Shown here: positions 25,942-37,015 of the stretch, piece by piece | Layout: every line of letters begins with the position of its first letter | Numbering within the stretch: the stretch's first letter is position 1 | Assembly (NCBI GenBank): GCA_965655095.1 | Contig: OZ296648.1 | Location: 115,010,001 to 115,074,000 of the forward strand | Direction: 5' to 3' | Origin: Haplodiscus bocki | Taxonomy: Eukaryota | DNA: 64,000 nt | Notes under the pieces: generated by a model | Databases searched by the model: none | Seen by the model: the letters and a program-made list of their open reading frames with translations, nothing else | What the model was told of the DNA's origin: nothing | Translations under genes and position numbers: made by a program

Positions 25942-26406
25942 GTACTTTGTTGCTTTTCGAAAAATACAATATCTTTTTTTACAAAAGTTTGCACGAAAAT
26001 CCTCATGTGGGGCAAGTCGCAAAATGTACCAATAGCCTCAAAAAACAAAAATAGAGTAACACTATAAAATTAATCTTTTCCGAAGTCCTAAGAAATGATG
26101 TTTTTAGCAAACAAAAACAGGCTTTTCACATCCCAAACAATGAGAAATATCAGACCAGCAATTGTTTTTGGCAAAGATTTTTGAAATTCTAGCTACTGCA
26201 GCAATTTCAGACGCGTGAAATTAATAATTCATTGTTTCGAAACAGTTTCCACGCCAACAAAACTTTGAAGACAAAAGTTAACACGACGTGCTTTGAAAAA
26301 AAAATAGTTTTTATTTACGGGACTGTAACTGCGAACAGATGCTATTTATGTAGTCAATTTGATTCAAAATTGCCCATAAGCGTTCTTCAATTTATTTTCC
26401 TTTCAG

Positions 26407-27000
26407 GAAGTTTACTCACAAACTTGCAAAAATTGAAAACTCTATGCAAAAAGAACCACCAAAAATGCACATTAAAGTCTGAAGCACCAAGTATTCTTTC
26501 GAATTCTTGCAAGAGATGCATTACTCAGAACTTTGAATCATACACTAAACTGTGAAAAACATATTATATTTACCTCATAAACCACAAAAAAATCGTTGAG
26601 CTGTTTCGATGATAAACGATACATTCTGCTGAACGGCGTGGACACATTGCTTTTCGGACATTACTACCTCCAAGAAGATGCAATGTCCCGGTAAGTTAGT
26701 GAGGACATTGAATGGGGAAATGATGTACTGAGGGAGGAAACGAAGAAAGAGGAGGAGGATATTCACCCTAACCAAGCAAAAGATACCGAACTGCCCATAT
26801 TTTCACCTGCTGATCCCGGAATCTTTCAGAATCCATTCACCGATGGCGAAAATTTTGATGTAATCACTCTTGTAGAATTGTCAGATACTGAAAACGACCC
26901 GCCGAGTACAGAATCCAACATATTTTTGGAAATGGAAGTCTCAGAAGTCCCTTCGAACAGTCCTCCTCCCCGAAAAAAAGTCAGATTTCACAGCTATTAA
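26407..27000 (+). mobile_element. Polinton/Maverick protein-primed DNA polymerase B C-terminal fragment (pseudogenised)
   Basis: One frame reads KLYAKRTTKNAH*SLKHQVFFRILARDALLRTLNHTLNCEKHIIFTS*TTKKSLSCFDDKRYILLNGVDTLLFGHY. This matches the Polinton pPolB C-terminal signature KxxLSxFDDKRYIxxDGxxTLPxGHY (core 26581-26664). Confidence 0.8.
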
Positions 27001-27949
27001 TTTAATAGATTTTTCAACAAAAACAAATTGGTGGAATAATTCAACGTATTGTCTTTCCGTGTTTTAAGAAGACAAAATAGCTGGATTTGTATTTAGTTGG
27101 AAGTACAAGGTGTAGTTGCTAGATTAGAACTTTGAGTTTCATAAGACTGGACCACCAGAAAGTTGAGTGAACACAAAAGTAGAGGAACGCCTAATGAAAG
27201 CAATTCTTGAGTGGAAGAAACTCTGTAGGTGTTATGAAAAGCACTACCACCGCCGCTACAGATGAGCGAAGTATTAATAACATTCTTATTCCCAACTAGC
27301 AAGTTGGGAAAGTTTTATCAAAAAAGTTGGGATTGCTTGAAAGTATTAGTAAATCCACCGCAACTTTACAATTGACTTACACTAGAACAAAATTTCAAGG
27401 TTAGTTCTCACTAAACTTACAGATATTCAAATGAAATTAAGAATGTCTACGCTTTTACATATAGCTCGGAAACTTAAATGTCCTTTTATGGATGGGTCGT
27501 AAATTTTTGAAACAAGCACCACCCCCCCCCCCCCCCCAATGAAAGGCCGGCCATTTTCCACACTACTTATGGATGTTCCCGGAAATTCTTCCATGATGAT
27601 GGAATTTTCAGCACATTATATGATTGCTTCCATTCATGGAAAATCATCCGTGCCATCTTCCATGTTTCAGCCCTAACTCTTCACGTACAACAAAAATAGG
27701 AAGATAGTCAACCATCTTTCATAGAGCTGAGATTGTCGATCAGTGTTGAAATTGAGTAAATGAAACATCTGCGATATCGAGGGTATCTACTAGTTTCAAA
27801 ATGAAAGTTAGAAAAAAACATCGGCAACTTTGGAGAAAATAAAAAAACATTTGGGAACTAATTTTATTTTTTCATTTCTGTCCATTAAATGGGATTTTTG
27901 ACCAGTAGTTCTTATAGATCACCACCCTTCTAGATGTGACATTAGAGTT

Positions 27950-30250
27950 TGCATGTTGCAATTCAGAAGTTTGCATTAACATCTGAAATGACTGAACGAG
28001 AGGCGCAGTCGCACTGCGATATTTTCCATCAAAACGGAGCAGAAATGATAGTTTGAACATACAGCAATTGATTTTGAAAAAGACACTAATTTTTGAGAGA
28101 GAATAGTTGTCGATGAGGAACGTGATGGAAGAATTCAAGCCAAGCTAAAGAATAAAACCAGAGATTCTTCAGTGTGAAAGTCATGTAATAGTATTAAAGC
28201 GTCAATTCAGAAAGTTATATAGGAATTGAAAGCTGTAGTTTCAGCGAAGTATGAGTTGGAATTTCGAGATATGTCTGAAGTAAGAGAACTTTTGTCACTT
28301 CTGGCCTATCAGGCTTCCAATTCCGATGTAGAGATCAATATTTAGGATATTTAGAAACGAACAATCCGCTTCAACAAAAGAGCTATCGATTGACACCTCG
28401 ATGGAAATAAAAATCAAACAGGTAGATATGAGGATGTATACGTTTGAATAACGCGGTATGTCAAGACTAAAGCCACTTTCTGGCAAGTCTGGTCTATCAA
28501 AACTCCACAGAGGGTTACAAATTCAACAATTTCTTCAACAAATAATCCAACTCAAGTAGGAAGCTCTAGATTGAGACTTTGAAGTAAGACATGGTGTCAG
28601 TAGTTATGGTGACACCTGGGTTGGAAATTCGAGAGGACTCCATATTTCAAAAATTTGAAATTTTTGGACTATCAGAAGTCCATCGCAATGAACGGAACGA
28701 AAAGTTATTAACACCAATAATCCTCAAAAGCAGGAACAATTTGACTGGGACCTTGGTGGAAGAAATGAAGCCAGTAGTTACGAACAAAGATGACTTTCAA
28801 TACCGAGATAAATCAAAGGTAAGGGCAAAATTGGGATTTTTCGGACAATCAAGATTCTGATGCGAGGAAAAATCAATGATTTGTCAAACGAACAAGTTTC
28901 AAGCTTTCGGTAGAGACCAATATGGAAGGTACCAAGCCTGTAGATACAGAGAATTAAGAGTTTCATTTTTCAGATAAAACATTATAATTAACAATATTTG
29001 AAACATCGGACTGTCAGTATTCCAATGCAAGCAACAAACTCGACAAAATTACCATCGAGAATGCTTCCAAGACTAGAAAAATTCTATTTGAGACCTTACA
29101 GAAGAAATAAAGCCTGTAGTTATGGGTGAAATATGAATATCGAGAAAAATTATAGATAAGATTTTTCTGAAAGACAAACGGAATATGCGGATTCTGATGC
29201 AACAAAATCAATGATTTTTCACCTTAAAGTTTCTCTAAAAGTGTTATGTTTTAGATTGAGATCTTGATGGAGGAATTCAAACTCGAAGTGGCTGAGGAAT
29301 ACAAGTTTGAAGATCAAGCGAAATCAAAACAAAACTTTTTGGAATTTTAGGACTGTCAAGACTCTGATGCGAGGGACACCAATCGACATTAGTATTGTCG
29401 GAAAAGTCCATGCAACTAAAAAGTTTTGGATTCTGATACTCATGGAAGAGATAAAGCCAGTAGTTTCGGGAAAAGATTATTTTGAAAGTCGACAAAAATT
29501 GGAATTAAAAGACTTTTCTTTGGAACTTTCAGACTAACAGGATTCCAATGCAGGGGGGAGAAAATCATCAGTTTTTCAGTTGAATATTCCTCTAGACGTG
29601 CTAAATTTTCGATTGAGATCTTGATAGAGGAAATCAAACATGTAGTGGCTGGCAAACAAAGGTATATATCGATAAAAAATCAATATCAACAGCACTTTTT
29701 GGAATATTTGGAATGTCAGGAATCTGATGCATGGGTCAAAAAAAAATGTTCGTGATCGAATCCTCCTCCGCAGAACCAAAAATCTGTATGGAGACATTGA
29801 TTGGAGATATCAAGCCTGTAGTTAATGAGAAAGCAGAGTATGATTATCGGAACAAATCACAAAGATTACACAATTTTTAAAACTTCTGACTGTCGGGATT
29901 ATGATGGAAGGATCAGAAATATTGGTTTTTAAACCAAATCATCTTCTACAAATGTCAGGCTGTTGATTGGGACATTGATGGAAGAAATCAAGCTTATAGT
30001 TGTTGTGAAATAAGTTTGAATTTCGAAAAAAAAATCACTACAAATAGCACTTTATACAATTTCACGACTATCAGGATTCTGATGCAAGGAATAAAGTCGA
30101 TACTTCTCCAAGAAAAGAATTCACTACGAAAGTAAAGCGTTCGATTAACACCTAGGTTGAGGAATTAAACCGGTATTTCTGAAGTAAATTAAATTTCAAC
30201 ATTATGGAAATTCAATGCTAATCCGGCTTTTTGGCATTATCTCGATGTCG
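27950..30250 (+). repeat. Degenerate tandem array, ~177-bp period, about 12-13 units
   Basis: The motif (T)GATGGARGAAATCAAGCCWGTAGTT recurs near 28753, 28922, 29099, 29264, 29441, 29622, 29799, 29976 and 30156. The companion motif GATTCTGATGC also recurs. Confidence 0.8.
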
Positions 30251-32840
30251 AGATCACAGAACGATATAATGCAGCTGACATATTTTCGGAGAAAATGCAT
30301 TTTTTGCTTTTGGATAAGTTAGGATAGTGAAAATACTGATACATAAAAACTTTCAAAAATTGTATAGTCAATTAATTTTATAATTAAACTTTTCCGACTT
30401 AAATAATTTTTTCTTTTTAAGGGAAGCGATAATTATTTCTAAGTGAAAAAGAACAATTTGTTTCAGTTACGTCGGAAAAAGGGTAATTTTTGGGATGAAA
30501 AGCCCACTTACCAAAAAACCCTCAATTTTTGTAGAAAAAAAAACATTTTTCCTGTTGAAAATTAAGAACGTGTTAACGAGTATCTAAAAATAGGTTCAAA
30601 AAATATGGCAAACAGCGGGAGTCAATCCAATCACCTGTGGGCTACCTGACCCGGGTGCCATCCGACATATGTATCATGCAAGCCTCCAACGACTCTGCGG
30701 ACACAAAGTCTGCGCGTTTCAGAAAAAGGGTAAAACTCCGACTACTGGATTGAATATTTTCCTTTCGAAAAATCTTTCACAGAAAAAAAAATAAAACATT
30801 GGGCTACAAGTTCTAACCAGCGAAACCAACAATTGCAAAACTACTTGAAGTACACCACCAGCCAAAACAACTCCTAAGTAAGCCCTGGATGAAAGAAATT
30901 CATCGGTAGTTGAGAACTTTCTGAAAAATGACTAAATAAGACATACGCTTCTGAAGTAACGTCAGGATCATGATTTCTAGAAAAGAGGACCATCAATCCT
31001 AAATAGAAACTTAAAGTCAAAACCGGCTCTATTCAAATCGATCTACAAAGAACAAGCCTTCCAGTGAGCCCAGAAACAGTGATAAAAATAAATGCATCGA
31101 AGCTCAAGTCTCATTTGAATTTCACAAAAACCACAACGATTTTCAAAAAACGTCTGTCGGTAAAAGTTTCGTAATTTACAAAAGTGTTTATTTGGACGTT
31201 CTACGGTCAAACATGCGAAAGTTACGAACACCCAGTTTTGGACACCTTTGGCTAAAACTGGACGCTTTCCGGTTTTTTACCACTAAAAAAGGTTTACCGG
31301 CAAATTTTACTTTCAAAAACTTTGACCATCCCAAAGCCATTAAGATGTGAAGAAATAAAAACCAAATTGATATAGTAACAAAAAGAAGCTTCAAACACAA
31401 CTATATTCGAAATTGCAGGTAATCTAATAGGATTTCGAAATTTGCAGATTCAGGTCTTACAATTTATAGAGGAAATAATTATACCTTTGATATCGAAAGG
31501 AACCAGTGGCTTCAGGGGATTCGTCTGCGAAGAGAAGTGTTGCGAAAAGCATTTTATACCACTCAAATATAGCTGAAAGTGAAGAAGCAATCGAAATTGT
31601 CATTGTCAAAAGCACCATAAGGAGTTTCATTATTTATCGTAAACAACCAATGAGCTTTTTCCCTACTGTAGATCGAAACAATTCAATGCGTAGTAGTTAA
31701 AGAGAAGAAAGATGTGGAACATCGGCCCTGAAGCAGTGCAAGCATCGTCATTTCAGGAAAATGAGAACATACCACTGAAAACGATCCACAAAAATCAATC
31801 TACATATGAAGATCTTCCAATTATGTCTTGGATTACAGAAGTTGAAAGTAGTCCCAGAGAAAACCATAATGAATGGGGGAAAATCAATATTATATGATTT
31901 CAGAGCAATGTTTCGAGTCATTTTGTGCTAATTGAACACCTCGAAAAACTGCTCCACTAGCGTGAACTTTCAAATAGAACAGGCTGAAGACTAATCCATG
32001 AAAGAAACGAACTGAGAGGGTAGTTAAGGAGAAAAAGCAATCAGAAAAGGACTAAACATTTCGACCATCATTTTTAGAATTTGGGACACAATCTGGAAAA
32101 AAATTCCAGTTAAATGAATTTACATATAAAAACCTGCCGGTTAAAAAGAATGAGTTTGTAGTTTGAGAGAAAAATCTTTCACGAAAAGGACTATAATTGA
32201 TTTTGTATGCATGACTAGCATTGTTTGGACAATAACTTTCAAAAAATCGGCTGAAGTCTCGCAGAAATTTTCCAATTGGAGGATTTACATTTTAAAAGTT
32301 GTCGATTAGGTCGTAAATAAAAAATTGACTCGGTTTAAGAGAAAATGCATTTGGAAACGTGACTAAAATCGGCATCAAATGCGTTTGTGGCAAGGCTTGC
32401 ACAACAATATTTGGAATAAGCAGCAAAATCTGGAAGGAATGCTTCAAGTGATTGAAGTCTACATTAAAGAAACTGCCAACTCAGCCGTGAATGAAAAAAA
32501 AACTGATTAGTTGAAAAGAAACAGCATTTGCTAAATCATATGCAATTGTAGCAATGTTTGGAATATCATTTCTCAAAAGAAACAATATCTCAAAAAGCTC
32601 CTTTTGAATCAATCTACAAATAAAAAGCTTGCGATCAAGTTCTGGATAAATGGAATTGAGTGAGCAGTTTGAGAAAAATCATTTTTGAAATCGACCAAAA
32701 TAAGTCCTCTAGGCATTTTTTTGTCGATTTTAGACGATCATATCTGGAAAATGAAAATAAAACGTCAAAAATGGTTCCCCTTAAGTTTTCTATATATTGC
32801 TAGCTTTAGGAAATTCTCGGCTGAAAACGAGAAAAAATTC

Positions 32841-33396
32841 AAACATAGAGGCGAAGCGGAACTTCGCATCTACACATTCTGTTTTGTCATGAGATCACGG
32901 ATCTCGGTAGACATTTGAAACCATGATCGGAGATGTAATCAACACTTTTAGAAATACTACACCAGCTGTCAATCAAGAGTTTCTTCCAAAAAGCCAAAAA
33001 AAGTCAAAGGGTCGCATATTCGAAAAAGAAAAATCTCAACCATGTCTTTTCAGCTTACGCCATTTTGCTGCCAATATTTAAGAAGTTTGCACAGTAAACA
33101 AGCTGAAAACGAACAAATACCTGCCACAGTGTGATATTGACAAATTGATAAGTCAGTCATGTCTTGTCAGGTTACGCCATTTTGCTGCCCCGTGCTCAAG
33201 AGGTTTGCACAGTATACAACGCTATAAGTAACAAGTACCTGCCAAAAAGAGGCCATTTTGACGGTTTACACTAAATGACTAGACTCCCTGAAGACGTCTA
33301 AAAATGCAAGTTGTAGACAGGATTAAAAAACTAAACATTAGCCGGTTTCCGACACACCAATACACATTATTCCTTTCAAGTCAGAATGTGTAAAAA
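32841..33396 (-). mobile_element. Complete Helentron-like non-autonomous element, family B (DINE-1-like architecture)
   Basis: Hairpin GCGAAG-CGGAA-CTTCGC (32851-32867). Perfect 11-bp subTIRs TACACATTCTG (32871-32881) / CAGAATGTGTA (33382-33392), plus an extra partial inverted copy TACACATT at 33361. A/T-run junctions, no TSD. Confidence 0.8.
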
Positions 33397-33569
33397 CGAT
33401 TTTCTAAATTGAAGATTTTTGAGAAAATTGAGGTAGAAAAAAATTGCGATATCAAATACTACCTTGTGAAAAGTTTATTCCTCGGTTGCAATAATTTTGG
33501 TCCTTTCAAGTTAGTCCGCATATAACTCATAGAAGTTTAGAGTGAATCATAAACATTAATTCTCTTTAG

Positions 33570-34195
33570 GCATGGACACGATTAGCATTCGTTCCAGTCA
33601 ACAAACAATCCAACAAGAATCTGCAAATGAAGCCTACAAACATCCAAAACTGCGAGCAGTGAATCACACACAAGAAAGTTTCATAAAGTCCCGATTACAC
33701 AAAGAACAATTTGGATTCATGTTCGTGAGAAACCCTTTACACAGAATTCTATCGAGATACATAGATCGGAAAGTTGGAAATCAATGGCACTTTAATTTAG
33801 AAACTAATTTACCTGAATTTTTGCAGCACATTTCATCGCAAGACTACCCACAAAGCCCCGATTCTCAATTGTTCTTCTGCGATCCATGTCTTTTGAAAAT
33901 ATCGTTTTTGGGAAAATGGGAGACAGTGAAAAATGATTTGGCCTACCTCGTGAAAAATGTCACAGCTCTGGGCAAAGTGATGGCATACAATGCGAAGAGG
34001 AATCCCTCAGAGGAATACTTGGTAGGACAGCAGTTCCTTACTCACAGAAGAATGCTTAGACAACACATACCACGCAAGCTGTTGTTGCAGATACTTTGGA
34101 CGTTCAGACTAGAATATCTCGTTTTTGGTTATGACCCTTTTGACGATTTGGAGCTAAGATTGAATTCTTCGTCTCAACACAATGCTTTACATTAG
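33570..34195 (+). CDS. Carbohydrate sulfotransferase (CHST11-like), last exon
   Basis: Acceptor TCTCTTTAG|GC at 33569/33570. Motifs are SANEAY..LRAVN, the 3'-PB motif FMFVRNPLHRILSRY, CDPC, FLGKWET and FGY. It joins exon 1 in frame (344 aa). Confidence 0.8.
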
Positions 34196-35299
34196 AAAGT
34201 TCTTAGAATTAAAAGTAAATTTTAAAAAAGGAAAATGAAGCATAGGCACCAAGGCATCAAGCCCTGAGAACTAGGAGTAGTAAAATAACTCAGAATTAAG
34301 GAAAAATAATATCGTGTCCAAAACCTGCAAACTAATCAAAGTGTCGAAAATTTCGGAGCATAAAACGGTCTACTATGGGAATCAGCAAAGTTTAGACGCA
34401 ATGATTGTCACCACTATAAAAAAGGGAAACCAAGATGTGAACTCCGATTATGGCAAATTTCTCGAGCTGATTCGGAGGAACAAGTTGCCAGCACTGCTAC
34501 TCGACTTTTGCAGAAGAGAGGATTGTTAAAATCTTTTCAACAGAGCTCACAAACTATGCGATGAAATTCTTGCCCAAAAACCTTTGAGCCGACTTCAACG
34601 ATAAATACCAGGCCACCTACTAATTCCAAACGTGAAATCAGCAGCAACGGGGGAAAGTTATTTCATTAGATGAAACATTTCATCAAAGCTCTGCTAAAAA
34701 CACGAACGTAAATCAAATGGCGACTAAAATCGAACACAAAAAACATCAAATAGTACCAATTGTCATGGAAACGAACACAAGCCTCTCCGAGTATGTCTAA
34801 AATCAATAAAAACAGATCCGTACGTTTGATATACCTTGTCATAACTTTCAAAATTTGTGTAACGAGTTTAATAGTCAGTAACTGTCCACTGTTTCAAAAT
34901 CTCAAGTGAAGTTTGACGATGTAGCTCTGTTTCTACATCGCAGACAATTTCTTTCACAGACTACGCGCTCGTTTCAGATTTCAACTTGTTTTATATAAGT
35001 TTAAGAACCAGCAAGGCATTGAAGAGTGTTTTCAACTGAAATTTTCATGACAAGCGTATTTTCAGGGCATGCTCTTTGGCTGTATTCCATATCTGAGAGC
35101 AAATTCATCTCTAAATTCAGGTTTTGTAATAATAAAATAGTATCTCAGCAATTGAAAAGCATCAAGGCTTTTGAGGCGCCGCTTTCCGCAGCAAGATCAA
35201 AGACAAACTGCGTGTATGCACTCATTTGTGACAGTTCGGAGAAAGTTGTGCCCATTTTCTTCCATTTTGAATCTCTAGCCGGACACTCGAAGATAGCGT

Positions 35300-36140
35300 G
35301 CTTAGTGTCGTATGTCTTGGATGATTGAAGTCATTCGCATGCGGGAGTCTCGGATTTGTCAAATTTGAAGTTCGTCACTTCTAGCGGAGGGTGTGTAACG
35401 TGGCGTCCTCTTTTCTGATCGTCTGCATCTAGCTGTAGTGTTCCATCTCTGTCAGGACTCCATGTGGATGGCCTTCGTCCACGTTTGCAAGGTAGCGGAT
35501 TTTGAAGGCTGTCGGCTATAATGTTTATGCAAGCCATCGTGTTTTAACCTGTGGAGAGTTCTGAAAGCTCTTTCAAGGTGGTAGACCTCCAGTCTAGTAA
35601 GTACAGGCCTGATTCTCCTCGGGACTTGAGTCGAGGACGCTAGCATGTCGGTTTTGATAAAGATAAATGAAAAAGTGTATGGTCTGTCGCAAATGACTGG
35701 CACTTGTGAAAAAATCTGGCCATTGTATCTGCTGTGTGGTATCTAAGTTTTGGGAGCATGGTTTTCGCTAAAAACTGGATGGAGGAATTTCCTCCGGGGG
35801 CTTCAATAATCAGCCTTGAAGCGTTGTTGCATGATTCCATCTTATGTATCGAGGTATCAGAGACGAATACTCCCTATACCACCATCGCGTAAGCTGCTCC
35901 CTGCCTTAAACTTGATTTGTACAATCTTTTAAAATCTGTGGAGCTGAGGCCACATTAATTGCTGAAGAGTTTACTGAGGATGTTCTCTCTGTTGTCGAAC
36001 TTTTTCTTCATGTCCTTCACTTGCTCCGTAAATGCCAGTTGGCTGTGGATCTGCACGCCCAAAATTTCGGCAGTTTTCCCAAAACTTGGTCCACTGAACG
36101 TTTTCGTAGAATTATTCTGTGTTTGATTTTCAAGCACGGG
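35300..36140 (-). mobile_element. LINE ORF2 3' fragment (end of RT domain and C-terminus)
   Basis: AEILGVQIHSQLAFTEQV matches the LGVxxDxxLxF motif. It is followed by a CGL/LYKS-type segment and a terminal Cys/His region, with many stops. Confidence 0.55.
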
Positions 36141-36916
36141 TTTAGGCGAACGGAGTGTTTTCGTACAAGCATACCATTGAAAGATTTCGTTTTTTTCTAA
36201 GCCATGACGACCTTATCGGCGAGTCATTATTTAAAAAGTTCGATTTTAGGAAAATTTAGTTGGCGACAGCTATGTTTTTCTCCATGAGAAGCTTGAAATT
36301 ATCTATGCCTTTGGACTAATCGAAAACTCGACATTCTTTCAAGCACCGCAAATTGAAGTCGTCAAAAACATTTTCTCTGGAAATTTTCAGCCAAATGGCG
36401 AAAAAAAAGAGTAAGGTTTTTTTCTAACTTAACAGGATACTATCATGATTGATTCCACTGGACGTAAGGTCAATTCTGCCTACATATACATTTTGAATTG
36501 CCGACCTCCCTTTGGGAAGTACTATCGCTTGGGTGGACTGAGCTGCAATGCACACAATCCGAAATCATCCAACTTACATCAACAGAGCTGGGAAGTGATG
36601 CTTTGAAAGAAAACGACGGTTAGTGATCCGGCAATTTATGAACATCACGGTTAAATGCCACTAAAAAATTCCCCTTTCTCCCCTTCTCGAACTTAATGAA
36701 GTACTAGTACGATGATTTTAATTCAAATTTATACATATCTTCATTTCAGGGCGAGCGGAACAATCTTCGGTGAGCATTGTCTTCTCTTTCCGATGTTGAA
36801 GAGAGAGCTCGCGCAAAATTTTATTCAATCAGTATATTTCTTGCTATGGTCTAAATCAGCAAAGTTTTTTGTACTTTATAATATCATAATTCATACTTCG
36901 AATAAGAATTTACTTC

Positions 36917-37015
36917 ACCATATTCGGTATCCCATTGACCAAAATTTCCAACTATAGAGGATGTTTGTAGATCATGATGGATATTAATTAAAGTTCATGA
37001 CGTTTAAGTCAAGAC
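36917..37015 (+). repeat. ~100-bp dispersed repeat, copy 1 (copy 2 at 44178-44279)
   Basis: ACCATATTCGGTATCCCAT...CTATAGAGGATGTTTGTAGATCATGAT.GATATTAATTAAAGTTCATGAC.TTTAAGTCA.GAC is present at both positions. Confidence 0.85.

Noticed and set aside
26407-26490. Constitutive middle exon of the sulfotransferase
   Set aside because: It is phase-compatible, but another frame of the same DNA is clearly Polinton PolB and the donor is weak. Kept only as an exonisation hypothesis.
31400-32100. Possible DNA transposase remnant (TERVVK-like motif near 32010)
   Set aside because: Too decayed; no TIRs or further motifs could be supported.
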